The notes beneath the pieces are model-generated. The model was not told where the DNA came from. It saw nothing but the letters and a program-made list of their open reading frames with translations, and did not search any database. From Trichoplax sp. H2 (lineage: Eukaryota): a DNA stretch of 53,351 nucleotides. Positions 41,826 through 53,351 of this stretch are shown one piece after another. The position numbers were made by a program, and so were the translations under genes. The stretch covers positions 1-53,351 of the forward strand of contig NOWV01000311.1 of the NCBI GenBank assembly GCA_003344405.1, in the 5' to 3' direction. Numbering within the stretch: position 1 is the stretch's first letter; each line of letters begins with the position of its first letter.

Positions 41826-44800
41826 TTAATCTCTCTTATCTTTATCGTTAGGTCGGTAGTGTAAAAAGACAAATGAGAATATAAAGACACCAAACATCAT
41901 TGAAAAGGCGCTGGCATAATACGGATAAGCGGATAGGATGAATCGTTCATACTGCGTGTGCTCCAATGGACGGACAGATACCTACGTATATTTACGAAAT
42001 GTTAATGCTCACAAATGTTTCTCAGGAAATAGTCATTTAATTGCTACGTACCTGAGTGGCACTAAACATATGAGTATATCCAAGTCTCAAGTAATCAATT
42101 TTAAATTGGTAAACGCCATAAACGTCTGGAACTTTAAAGTGAGCTTTGAATGTTATCGCTATGAAAATGAACAACAATCATCACTTAGCCCATATAAGTG
42201 TACACTTTGCAAATCACTAGCGGTAAACATACTATATTCTATTTCAGTATTATACGTGAAAGGTGTACAGTAATTTTCAACGACTACACCAGTATAACAT
42301 CATTGCTGCGGTATTACGCATCATATCAGCTTACGATTTGAAGAACGGTTCATCGTCACCCGAACAAATGGATCAATACGAACAAATTCAAGTTGGATAT
42401 CCGTGCGGATAGGGGGCACCCATTTACCGTTAACGAGTTCTTCGATATCGACAGTAAATTCCTATTTATCGAGAAAGTAAAGAAATACTTTATTTCAATT
42501 ATCAACGAATTTAATACACTGTATATTTATGACTAAACATAAAATTTATGGCTAAATAATAGTGTTGCTAACCAATTCATCTCCGACAGTATAAAACTGT
42601 GCTTCCTTCGTTTCCCCTACTTTGTGATGACGTATATTTCCGTAACGTAGAACACCGTTCTTTTTAAAGGTCCAGCCGGCTAAAGAAATAGCTAAACGTT
42701 CATTGCCACTATTCTCATACCTATGATGAAGGTAGTTTGTTAGGATCATCATTGCTATAGATTTAATTTGTTTAGTTAACAGTGCGAATCAATCCGCATC
42801 ACTCCAAAAAGAGACTTAAAGTTTATAAATAATACCAATACTTACGTTCTTTCTTTTGGATAGGCTACCTGAACATTTGAATGCAAGAATCTATGAAAGT
42901 ATAATGTTGTATTAGTTAGAAAATTTTGAATTAGAATGATACATAAATATGTATTTGTCGTCGTACTCATCGCTAAAGAAATCCAGTGAACCGCAGAAAA
43001 CAACACGTGCGTTATTTCTGGCTTGCATAGATGCGATAAGGACAGTATTTTTTCCAATGGCTTGCGGGGCCTTGGGATGACAACATGCATGTTAGTTATG
43101 TTACATGAGGGTACTTTTTATTAATAAAATATCAGATTACGCGTGCATACACCTTAGGTGTTACTTACATTCTTAACTCTTTCATCAGGAAAATAAGAAA
43201 AGCTAGATGGACTTCCAGTCAAAATTTCCATTACAAGTGGATTGTCTGCATCAACAGTCAATCTATTGCCATTATAGATAAGAAATTATTTATCCATACA
43301 TTCGAATAATTTCATTAGCGATAAAACTATATCCCAATTATAGTTCTATTAGGTGTTGTACCAACTTACCCTATACCTCTGTAAAGTAAAGGATCATTAA
43401 CGCCGACACCAACAACTACAGGTGCGTCGATTAAACTAGCTTTAGATTTCGCAACAACCATAGTATGATAGCCTTCATCTCTCTTGTCATAATTAATATG
43501 ATCAATAACAGCTGTTTTCTCTTCGTCCATTTCTAAGCCACATTCTGCTGCCAAGTCACGAATAGGCTCACCTTGGAATACAATCGCGATAATTTAACGT
43601 TAAGTTAATGACGCAAACTAGGATATCTATTCTATTAATAAATCACTATATATAGTCTACCGCAAAGTACAGTGCAATCGGTTACTGATTTACCACTGAA
43701 GTATCTATCAGTCTGAATAATACCACTCAAACTAGCTTAAAATCATTATACAAACGGAGGACTTTAGCTCTTAAAATAGGGGAAGGAAATTGATCTAACC
43801 TATATCCGAGCTACCAGCTACCAGGACATTTCTTCCACTGTCAATGAATTCGGTAATGGCAGCAACGTTGATATTACCGCCGAATTCTTTTAGAACCAAT
43901 GCGATGAAAAAAATAAGAATTTATCGCCAATAATCAATTAGCGTTTGCTATATTACTTGACATTTACTTGTAGACTGTCACCCTAAGGTATTAGCGTAAA
44001 AGGTTGTAATGGTATAGTGTGATCACTTTTCTTACCTTCAACACTAGGAGAGAGGATTACGAGATGTTCGTATAAGAATTCACCGTATTTAGAGAGTGCT
44101 AAACTAGGATCATCAGCTGTTTTGAAATCTAATGACAATCCAATTCCTGAAAGAAAAATATTTCAGTTATCTAAGGCAATGCTAGAGTCTGTATATGTAT
44201 CAGTTATTGCAGCAATAAAATCCAGTTGCGTTATTACCTAGCCGATCATTAATTATAATATGCAATTAATAACAGGCCATTAATATTCTGTTAAGATACA
44301 TACGAGATCAAGCTAGTTTTTGTTCGTCAATTCTGGTTAGCTAACTGTTCCGATTGCCGATTTGAACTGGGTATATAGTACTGTACAACCAGCTGTAGTA
44401 TTGCGTAGGGTACAAGTTCATACACTGCACCACGAAAGTACAATAACTATACTGTAATAATGTTAGTACAGGAGAGCTCATTGCGATCTACTTTAGGAAA
44501 AGTGGAGCAACACTGGTTAATTCTTTGCGTGAACTTGTACCATAAATTTGTATAAGAATTTGGCCCCATTGCAGTATTGTGCACAGTACAAGCTTATCCA
44601 TCGCGGCAAGAGCAAACTGTAACTATGCGTATCGCGCTATTATCTATATACATAATAGTACATGGAGATTCGAAAATGAAGCAAACTGATTTTGATTCTA
44701 TATAATTATCCAACATTGGCTTATTGTTGTGCTGTACTTGGTATACAGTACAGTCTAACCGAAGTCCGATGTATTAGGTTAAGACCATACTGTAACTATA

Positions 44801-45592
44801 CATTACTTCGATATCTACTTGACGACATCATGATCTCTGGGCACAATCTAACCACTTCCGTATCCTATCCAATGCTAAGGTAACATTTAAAGCTGCATTT
44901 GAGCTACAACGGACGACATTACCGAGATCAGATGTACTACTATACACTATCATGATATGTCAATTCAATAGTACGCTAGAGAAGCGATGGCAAGTGCTGG
45001 TGGAATTCTGCATCATTATCGTCATTGGTGATTTAATCCATGAAGAAATGTGACTGATGATAAGGTATTTAATTGGAGTCAAGATAGCTAGACAATAAAT
45101 CCCTTATCGATCCCATATTCAACTGATCCAATTATCCAAAGTAGCAATTTCAATTAAGATCGTTCAAACTTCAAGATGCTGAGAAGTACTTTGAATAGCA
45201 AGTTCCATTGTAGGCGAAAGTCCTACAATGCCCTTGTCATCAAGTGAGTTTTTTCTAGTCAATTTTAAGCTAATTTGATGTAGTAAAAGTCAATCCATTT
45301 CTATCCATTTCACTTTGATTAAGATTTTGCCAGTTTTTTTCACTGGCCAACAAGTTTATCATCACAGTACAAGAGCATCAATAAGAAAAAAATACATTGA
45401 GACGTAGAGTCAATTCATGCAGGATGCCATTTTACCTTGCAATATCTTAAAGAACGATGAGTGCGTTTCTTTGGTATTGAAGTTATCCAAGAGAACCAAC
45501 GTTCTGTCTTGATTGTTACTTTGAGTATCACATACTACTAAGCTTCCCAACACCGAGAAAATAATAATAATATCGGTTAATCGCAGCCCCAT
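41826..45592 (-). CDS. DDOST: Oligosaccharyltransferase 48-kDa subunit (OST48/WBP1)
   Basis: Exons 45592-45436, 44146-44036, 43886-43800, 43571-43370, 43262-43169, 43070-42967, 42890-42846, 42720-42573, 42461-42335, 42158-42052, 41981-41826. Motifs [80 protein letters not shown], and a C-terminal KxKxx (KDKRD). Confidence 0.97.
44408..44542. mobile_element. Putative MITE (about 135 bp) in DDOST intron 1
   Basis: Perfect 12-bp inverted repeats GGTACAAGTTCA (44409-44420) and TGAACTTGTACC (44530-44541), with TA dinucleotides one base outside each. Confidence 0.5.
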
Positions 45593-45734
45593 GGTTTTAA
45601 CGAACTGAAGCTTCGCAAATCAGAGCAACAGTGAATTTTTTTTCCTCAGATCTCTTGATGGATCGCAAAGTCAGGAAGAATGTGCGTGATGATACAACGT
45701 CTAGCGTGAAAGGACGTCGTCACTCGCCTTGGTT

Positions 45735-45950
45735 GTACTGTTCTGTACTGTATGCTTTGGCTGTTTGCTCATGGCGTGTACTGTACACTGTACACTGTAC
45801 AGTACTGTACAGCATGTTCAATTGCGCATGCATCGGTGCATGGCTACAGTACAGTATTGTACAGTGTACAGTACTGTGCTTTGGACGTCATTTGTTGGTT
45901 CGTCTGGCTGTACAGTACTGTACACTGTAAACTGTACACTGTACACTGTG
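45735..45950. promoter_or_regulatory. Pentamer cluster in the DDOST promoter
   Basis: tacag/ctgta/ctgtaca arrays 140-360 bp upstream of the DDOST ATG, with an embedded NRF1-like TGCGCATGC (about 45823) and a CRE-like GGACGTCA (about 45883). Regulatory function is inferred. Confidence 0.6.
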
Positions 45951-46730
45951 GTCATGATAGGACTAGCGACGAGTGTTACAACAGTGGTCACCACTGATCA
46001 CTCAGTGATCACTAACCAGGCATTGCTACTATACTGTGCATATTGCTATTGTAGCTGCTTCAGCAGGAAACGGTAGACGACCGACATATGATATGCTCAA
46101 TTTAGCAAAAAGAAAAGCATTGACGGATAAAATCGAATAGACAAGTCATCCAATTGGCTGTAACCCTAGGCGCAATAGCATAACAGTAGTCTTGAGTCAG
46201 AAGTCATATCATGACCACTGACATAGAGATTACTCATGGAGGAAACAGACGTGCATTACTACCCAGGATATGAAAGAAACATAAAAGTTAAGATAGCGAG
46301 CGATTCCATTTTTTTGATGTTGAATTTTTCGCTTTACAATTTGATAGTCATAGTGCTGTGGCTGTCGTTGCCATTTGTACAGCCGTTGGTTGTCCACGTG
46401 TAATAAGTTCTTACTCTACTCTATAGTATGTCTTGATTGATTTACAGCAGTCTGTACGTCTGTATAGTTTTTGTCTATGCCACTTGCTCCATGGAGTCTT
46501 CATAACTCTACAGTATTTGCGTACCGTACCTTACCGTACAGTACTGTACACTGTGCACTGTACACTACCGTATAGTAATGAATAGTACCAGAGACTATTG
46601 GGTTAGGTACAGCGGTGTACCTGTACTGTAAGAACTTCCAAAGGCTTTCGGATGATCAATCCCCTACGTACTGTACTGCACCAAGAGTGCATCTGTGGCG
46701 TGCTGTCGATTACGGTCATCGCATTACAAA

Positions 46731-47833
46731 ATGGTTCGAGGTGGAAGTGTCGATAGGAGCATTCGAAGAGCAAAGATATTTGCTCTTACTAAGGTAAACC
46801 TGATTTCATTATCATTCTAGAGTAGATTCATCGTTAGTCTTATCTAAAGATAAATAAAATGATCTGTTAAGGGTTTCCGAGGTCGATCCAAAAATTGTTA
46901 TTCTTTAGCAATTCGTGCTGCTCATAAAGCACTTCAACATGCCTATCGTGGAAGAAAGCTGAAGAAAAGAGATTTTCGATCGGTAAAACAATTAAAATAA
47001 AATCTATCATTTCATGTGTGATTATCGTCGACAGCGATATTTGGTATGTTAAGAATAAACTCATTCATGGAACATCAATGATTTATAGTTATGGATTACC
47101 AGGATTAGCAATGCAGCACAAGAACAGAAAATGCCTTATTCCATGTTTATGCATAACATGGTTCGAGTAAGTGGATGCTGTACTGTATTAAGACCATCAT
47201 TGATGCGTTCGTCAAAGCAATCAATGCGAACAAGTTCTTCCTCCGCGCATGTATAGTGTATAGCCACAGACTACTACAAAACAGCTTTTATCGAGCGGTC
47301 CGTAGTAGAACCTAAACAATCATATACTGTACAGTACTGTACTCTACGTATTTCATTTCTGGTTGACGAGTATAACTGCGTAGTAGTCTAAACTCTCCTA
47401 CGTACTGTAGATTTGCAATCTTTTTACAGTACAGTATATTACGTCAATTTAAACTGTTAAGCTCAATAGAACAGGTGTTAACCAATATTTCTATCGTCAT
47501 CTAGGATAAATGGATTACTGTATACTGTACAATGATTGTACTCAGATTAGATCAATCGTCTTCATCTCCCTAAATCAACGGAATGACTTCACTAAAACGA
47601 TTTTTCTTGTTTTAACTTTCTCTAGCTCGAAGTACAATTAAATAGGAAAATTCTTTCAGAGCTTGCTATATATGAGCCTCGATCTTTTCAGGTATGGCTA
47701 AATTGAATCTATTGGAAATTAGAACTATACATCTATGAGGTTGACATTGCAGTCTTAAAATTGTTTATTTCAGGCATTAGCTGATTTAGCAAGGCGAAGA
47801 CAAAGTAAGGGCCTTCTCAATGCTCTCAAGTAA
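46731..47833 (+). CDS. MRPL20: Mitochondrial ribosomal protein L20 (bL20m), 125 aa
   Basis: Exons 46731-46793, 46872-46982, 47089-47166, 47626-47691, 47774-47833, all phase 0. Motifs [52 protein letters not shown]. Confidence 0.95.
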
Positions 47834-48762
47834 TTGCGCCATTCTTTATTCGAACAATTATTCGGCATTTTGTTCCGATCAATAATTTATTACTGTAGTC
47901 GCTAAAAGGACACCTATTATACCTCTGTTAGCATAAAATGAATGCCGAAACTGAAATATAAATACACATTTAATAAGAATCTTCATATTAACATGATTGC
48001 TTTTTTTACCAGTTATGCAAACAATAATTACAGGATATCTTGTTCTTAGTATGTACAATGTGTCATGTATTGTCATATTGCTACTATGTTATATACACAG
48101 TTTGATGTCCCTTAAATCTTGATTCCAATAATTAATTAATATAGCCATAGTTACAAATTGATAATAAAGTAATGAAAACTTATGATATATTATATCCATT
48201 GAGTAAGTGTGAATATTACCGTTGGTATTAAGATAATCATGTTCCTATTTCAAGACTCATGCACTGCAATTCGTATATTACGAATCCGCCCACTGAATTT
48301 GTTCCTTTCTTACGGCTTGAAGTACAGTGCTTAAAAAAAATTTAGTACGCCGATACATCGTCCATTACCATAGCTTTAAGGATCAATTCTAAGTAGTTTT
48401 GTCAATGGCGATTTGATCAGAGTAAAACTATCCGAGTTGTACTGTTTATATGTAGTATATTCTGCAGTAGGATAAAACGAAATACGTAATAATTCCATCG
48501 GAATAATTTAGTAAATTTTAAATGTTTAAGGGAATTTTCCAGAGCATACCATATGGATCTTAAATGTGACCAAAGTTGGAGTACTTTGTATGCGTATATA
48601 TATATAATATTTTATCAGTTATTCAGTTGTACAGTTTTGTACAAATTTACAAAGACTATCAGCAAATGGACTCATAGTTGAATATCTTTGATAACGCATG
48701 GATTGCATAAACTGTTTCACTCGATATTTTAAAAGTATATTCAAATACTATGCATTCTCCAT

Positions 48763-51017
48763 TCATTTGTTGATAATAGCACCATAAGGATGTACACTGT
48801 AGGTCATTTTAGGAAGATCTTTAAAAGTTCTACGTAGAAGCGTATAAACCTAGAAGAAAGAATGTAAATAGCTATTCAATACGGGTATATAATAGATTGC
48901 TGAGGTCAAGAACGTTAGTAAAATAACTTAAAACAGAAAGTAGCAGAAGCTTGAGGGATTTAAAGTAAAGTAACAAGAATTTGAAAGTAATTAGTGAACA
49001 CTACCTCTTCCGCCTGCCAAAAATCACAATATAGCCAAACGATAGTTTTCTTATCCTGTAAAAACAAGTAATAAATATATCATTCAGTTTATCAAAAAAG
49101 CAGCTCACGTTAATCTAATAATACGTACGTATAAGTACTATGTATTAAAGCATCCATGACTTACAAATTATACGCAGCTCGTATCGCATAACAGTTAGCA
49201 AATTACCTCTTCTTTAATAACAGCTTTACAATTAGGAAATGATCCTTCGGATAACAATTCGCACAGTCTCGGCCAAAATTCTTTCGCAGTATATTTTCCT
49301 GTGACAGTATCATAAAATTCGTATGATAGAAATAATAATTTTCATGATAATAACGAGCGCAGCAAGTTAAGTTTTTTACATTATAGTGCATATCCATTTT
49401 AAATTATGCACTGTTTAATATCTTTTACCTGCTTTAGAACAGGAAATAATCCATTTACCACGAGTCCACTTCGAGACATTGCCCAGTTTCTCTTTGGCAA
49501 GGCTATATTCTTGACTTAAATTACTACTAACGACAGATGATGTTGAAGTTGTAGCCATAGACACACACCACTGCTATTGATTGAAGTAAGATTAAGGAAT
49601 AAACGTAGGTTATATTAAGGCAAATCCTTCAGATATTATTCATGAATGGCATAGCCATGTTCTACAATCTTGAATCTCTTGATTTCAAATATGCTAGTAA
49701 GCGTGAGCAAATACTGGAGTGATATACAATAAATATAGCCTGAACTTGCTTACAGGTTTCCATTCGGTATCTGTTTCCTTAGAACTTGAAATATCGCTGT
49801 CAATTTTCCGTGGTAATAATGATACGTTCTCGTGTTGCTCATTTTTATGTTTCACAGCTATTGTGTCCTGGCGGTCTAATTTTTAAAGGAATTAATCATA
49901 CTTACTGTCGCTCCAAATGAAAATACGTGTGTAACTTTCATGTTTTGTTGTCACAAAATGATACTACAGTAAGTACAATGAATGGTAATTTCTATGAATA
50001 ATAACAATACGGATCCATGCACTGTATGAGACACAAATAGAAGATATTGTTGATTAAGCTACTTACAATTGGAAATCTCAACAGTAGGTGGTAACAAACG
50101 AGGCACAAATGCCTTAAATGTATGGCAGTCTACAAAGCAGCAAAATTGAGCAGGAATATTATAGATGACTGTTATTTATTATCATTTCATCACTGGTAGA
50201 AAGTTGCATTACATGTTAGACATAGACAATGTGCTGGTTATACTTGTAACTACCAGTAGGTGATGCGTGTCATGTAATGACTGTATAAATATACATGGAC
50301 TACTAGAAGATGTCCAGTAGCCCATGAAATACATAACCAAGACCTTAGTGACTTACATACTCAATTTGGTAGTATGTGTATGTAATATTTTGACGAGTAT
50401 CGGCATTGCAATATGCAATGTGTATATGCATGTATAGTATAGTAATAAATTTCTTTACATTCTTGCAAGCTTTCTGCAAATCAACAATCGATCTAACTTT
50501 AGCGTACTGCTACTTTACTCAGATTTTAAATTTGATCTTATGTTTACAAATTTGGGTACATTTCGGCCGATTGCCAGAATGTACCTTCTAATGAAGTGCT
50601 CTTACAAAATGATATTAGGTTAAAAGCATATATGCTTGATACCACAGTGGTGTTGCTACTTTAATGAGACAGAAAAGTTGCTTACTGTAGTGGAATATAG
50701 CATGTACTTTACTCGTACATCGTACACGCGTATATACTGTATTCTGCAGTACAAGTCCAAGGTATAACAAGACAAGTATGTATTACGTTCATTAGCATTT
50801 AACGAGGACAGTACAATTATATATGTATATATATATATTTATTATTATTATTACCATTCCAGAGAGTAAATTTTCGTTTCTGGTGTCTTTCTGGATTACG
50901 TTGTTTATAATAAATCAATCTTTGAAGCTGCAGCACATTGAATACTCCACTGCTACCTTTTTCTTGACCTGTTGGCCAGTGCATAGCAACTTCTAAGTAG
51001 TCTGCAGCATTTTCCAT
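48763..51017 (-). CDS. Divergent UPF0696/C11orf68 (DUF1917, BLES03)-like protein
   Basis: Seven frame-compatible GT-AG exons: 51017-50855 (start uncertain), 50129-50067, 49875-49754, 49573-49429, 49298-49207, 49055-49005, 48849-48763. Motifs LLPPT, GKWII, FWPRLCELLSEG, TIVWLYCDFW, MTYSVHPY resemble the DUF1917 motifs PPS, GKWL, AW..IA, VICVYTDDF, LTYKPDVY. The gene model is firmer than the family call. Confidence 0.6.
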
Positions 51018-51234
51018 CGCGTTGATAGAGCCATGACAATATACGGGTACCAAGAATGCCAAAATGCAGCTACAAAGAATGAGAATTGAAGGTTGGGTTA
51101 ATCAAGGTAATTAGGCTCACACTGTACGTAATTTACAGTCAAGTGTTCATTCTTGTATACCGTAGTACCAAAACATATAGTGTCCGTTTTTAGTTTGTCT
51201 ATGGTCAAATCATAGAGGTAATGATTGGTTGATT

Positions 51235-52970
51235 ACAATACAGTACTGTACAGTACAGTACTACAGTACAATCACATGGTGCTGTACTCAGTGTACTGTG
51301 GGCCCGCTGGAATTGTCACCTTATCGAGACATGTCAACAATATCGTTTATTCTGAAGTTTTCGATCACTGATATATTATTTTTTCATTTTTATCAATTAA
51401 TTGTAAACAGAAGAAATGTAATGTACTGTACATGCATCAGATTTTTCGAAAAATACAAGCATGGCTATGAAGTTATCTACAAATTAATTTAATTTATACC
51501 GTACACGCGTATAATAATTATTATACAATGCACCCTAAAATCGATTGCAGGGACTTGCAAGAGAATTTTTTCCTAGAAACTTCTACTTAATTCAGTAAAA
51601 CCCCACGATATCTCTGGGTAGAAACAAGTTGATTAAGCCATGCCCTGAATGTTGAAAAGCAATCGGAATCCACCTATGCTATAGACGAAGTTGATTTATG
51701 CTAATTATTTCAAAATTGGACAACCTACAGTACGCTAGAGACTCTCTAATAGGGTCTCTTAACTGCACACGATCCAGAGTACAGTACAGTACCACTATGA
51801 GTCGTTGATAGACCTGGTCACTCTAAAAACTAAGATACAGTACTGTAGATAATAACAGTTTACAGTATATTGTACAGTATAATTATTCCAGTACAGTACA
51901 ATATACAGTAATTACAATTATCGCGCTCACGTGCAATTCTGTAACGAGAAGCCCCACCCGTTTAGTGCAAAATCCAAATCGATACAGTACTTTCCTACAG
52001 TACTGTACACTGTACAGTACAGTATGTACTGTAGTTTTCAGTTCAGCCACGTTGAAAGTACTGTACAGTGTACTGTACAGTACTCTGTCTATGGGTACCA
52101 ATACTAAACAAATACGTTATTTATTTAGTAGCAGCTAATTTGGGTGTCAATCATGTACTGTACAGTGTTCTATCTGCACGATACAGTTAAAACTAGTTGA
52201 AACGACCAGTAAAATAGTTGGCCTCTCCATTTTGAGCACAGTAAAAAAAGTCCATTTCCCGTCCCTCTCTTTCTTTTTACTGTCAAGGTAGTGGTTCTGC
52301 GTGCTGTACATACGGTACAGTACAATAAGTACTACTTGTACAGTACAATGTGGACGGGCTAATTGCTATGATTTTGGTGCAAACAGATAGATTAAATTTT
52401 TTTTTTTTTTTGGACAAATTTTATATCAGTCTATACCTGTACTGTACTGGACATTTGACTACAGTCAATAGTACTGTACGTACAGTACAGTACAGTAGTC
52501 CATGGTAGTGTACAGTACTGTACAGTGTACTGTACAGTACAGACTACGGTACTGTTCAGTACAGAAATGGGTGATTTTGGGTTTTTCACATACTGTACAC
52601 TGTACAGTACAGTAGAATGCATTCTGATTAAGGCAACAGCACTGTGGAGACACTTCAGTTCTAGTACTGTACAGTGTACAGTACTGTATTCACTAGGGTC
52701 ATGACCTACAGGTACAGTACAGTATGGACGTCAAGTGTACACTGTACTGTACAGTATGGACGTCAGTGGTGCGCATTTTTAGAGGCTGTCTTTTGACGAG
52801 ATTGACAACTTGCCAATCAATACTGTTCAATTTGCATAATTTCGCCCACCGTAGAATTTGTACTGTACGCCGCGCCGCGTTCAGTACCAGTATGAGGCAA
52901 CAAAGTGAATCGACCTGGTCGAGCGAGAGTGGTCGAATCACCCCTCTCAAGTGTGTGACAGTACAGTACA
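51235..52970. promoter_or_regulatory. Divergent promoter region with multiple pentamer clusters (DUF1917-like gene / FoxJ2/3)
   Basis: Clusters at about 51235-51300, 51780-52160, 52300-52350, 52435-52760 and 52955-52970. GGACGTCA occurs twice, at about 52727 and 52758. Confidence 0.65.
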
Positions 52971-53004
52971 GTAGAAGCGACGTGAAGTCGACTAGTGTAT
53001 TATT

Positions 53005-53351
53005 ATGAGTCAGTGTGAAAATCAGCCGATCAAAATGGCGACGAAGACAACTGCAGTGTTAGAAAGTAGCCTAACAGCTATGGACTGGCTACACCGAATT
53101 AATGTAGGAGAAAATAAAGGTGTACAAGGTCAATCTGGTAATGAAATGGATGAAAATGATAAAAAAGGTGGCCATCACTCCGGTCAACACGACGGTAATA
53201 AAAATGGTGCAAATGGACCAGATGGAAAACCTCCTTATTCTTATGCCAACTTAATCATGTTGGCAATTAACAGTTCCCAGAGTAAAATGATGACATTGAG
53301 TGAAATTTATCAGTGGATTTGTGATAATTTCTCATATTATCGAGATGCTGG
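53005..53351 (+). CDS. FOXJ2/3: Forkhead box J2/J3 transcription factor (5' part, runs off the window)
   Basis: Start at ATG 53005 or the in-frame ATG 53035. [11 protein letters not shown] is the FoxJ2/3 N-terminal motif, and the forkhead domain begins [43 protein letters not shown]. Confidence 0.92.
   Translation, partial: MSQCENQPIKMATKTTAVLESSLTAMDWLHRINVGENKGVQGQSGNEMDENDKKGGHHSGQHDGNKNGANGPDGKPPYSYANLIMLAINSSQSKMMTLSEIYQWICDNFSYYRDA

Overview
AT-rich eukaryotic (animal) genomic DNA with compact, intron-rich genes and two 20-N assembly gaps (1575-1594, 17402-17421). Gene density, short GT-AG introns and basal-metazoan-like proteins suggest a placozoan such as Trichoplax; this is an inference. 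Ten protein-coding genes were reconstructed by hand-splicing: SPCS1 (+), MTHFR (-), a stand-alone eIF4G-type MIF4G protein (+), GABARAP/ATG8 (+), EMC1 (+), a Sel1-like-repeat protein with an intronless CDS (-), DDOST/OST48 (-), MRPL20 (+), a divergent C11orf68/DUF1917-like gene (-) and the 5' part of FoxJ2/3 (+). The strongest non-coding pattern is a set of palindrome-rich (TACAG/CTGTA)n pentamer arrays at the 5' end of almost every gene except the Sel1-like one. Other notable items are a polymorphic solo-LTR seen as both filled and empty alleles, a second solo-LTR, Helitron-like ends, a MITE, a 256-bp satellite with internal inverted repeats, a GC-AG intron, an apparent fossil splice-acceptor shift in DDOST, and gene content matching the human 1p36/12p13/17p13 paralogon. 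All homology calls come from recognising motifs by eye; no searches were run.
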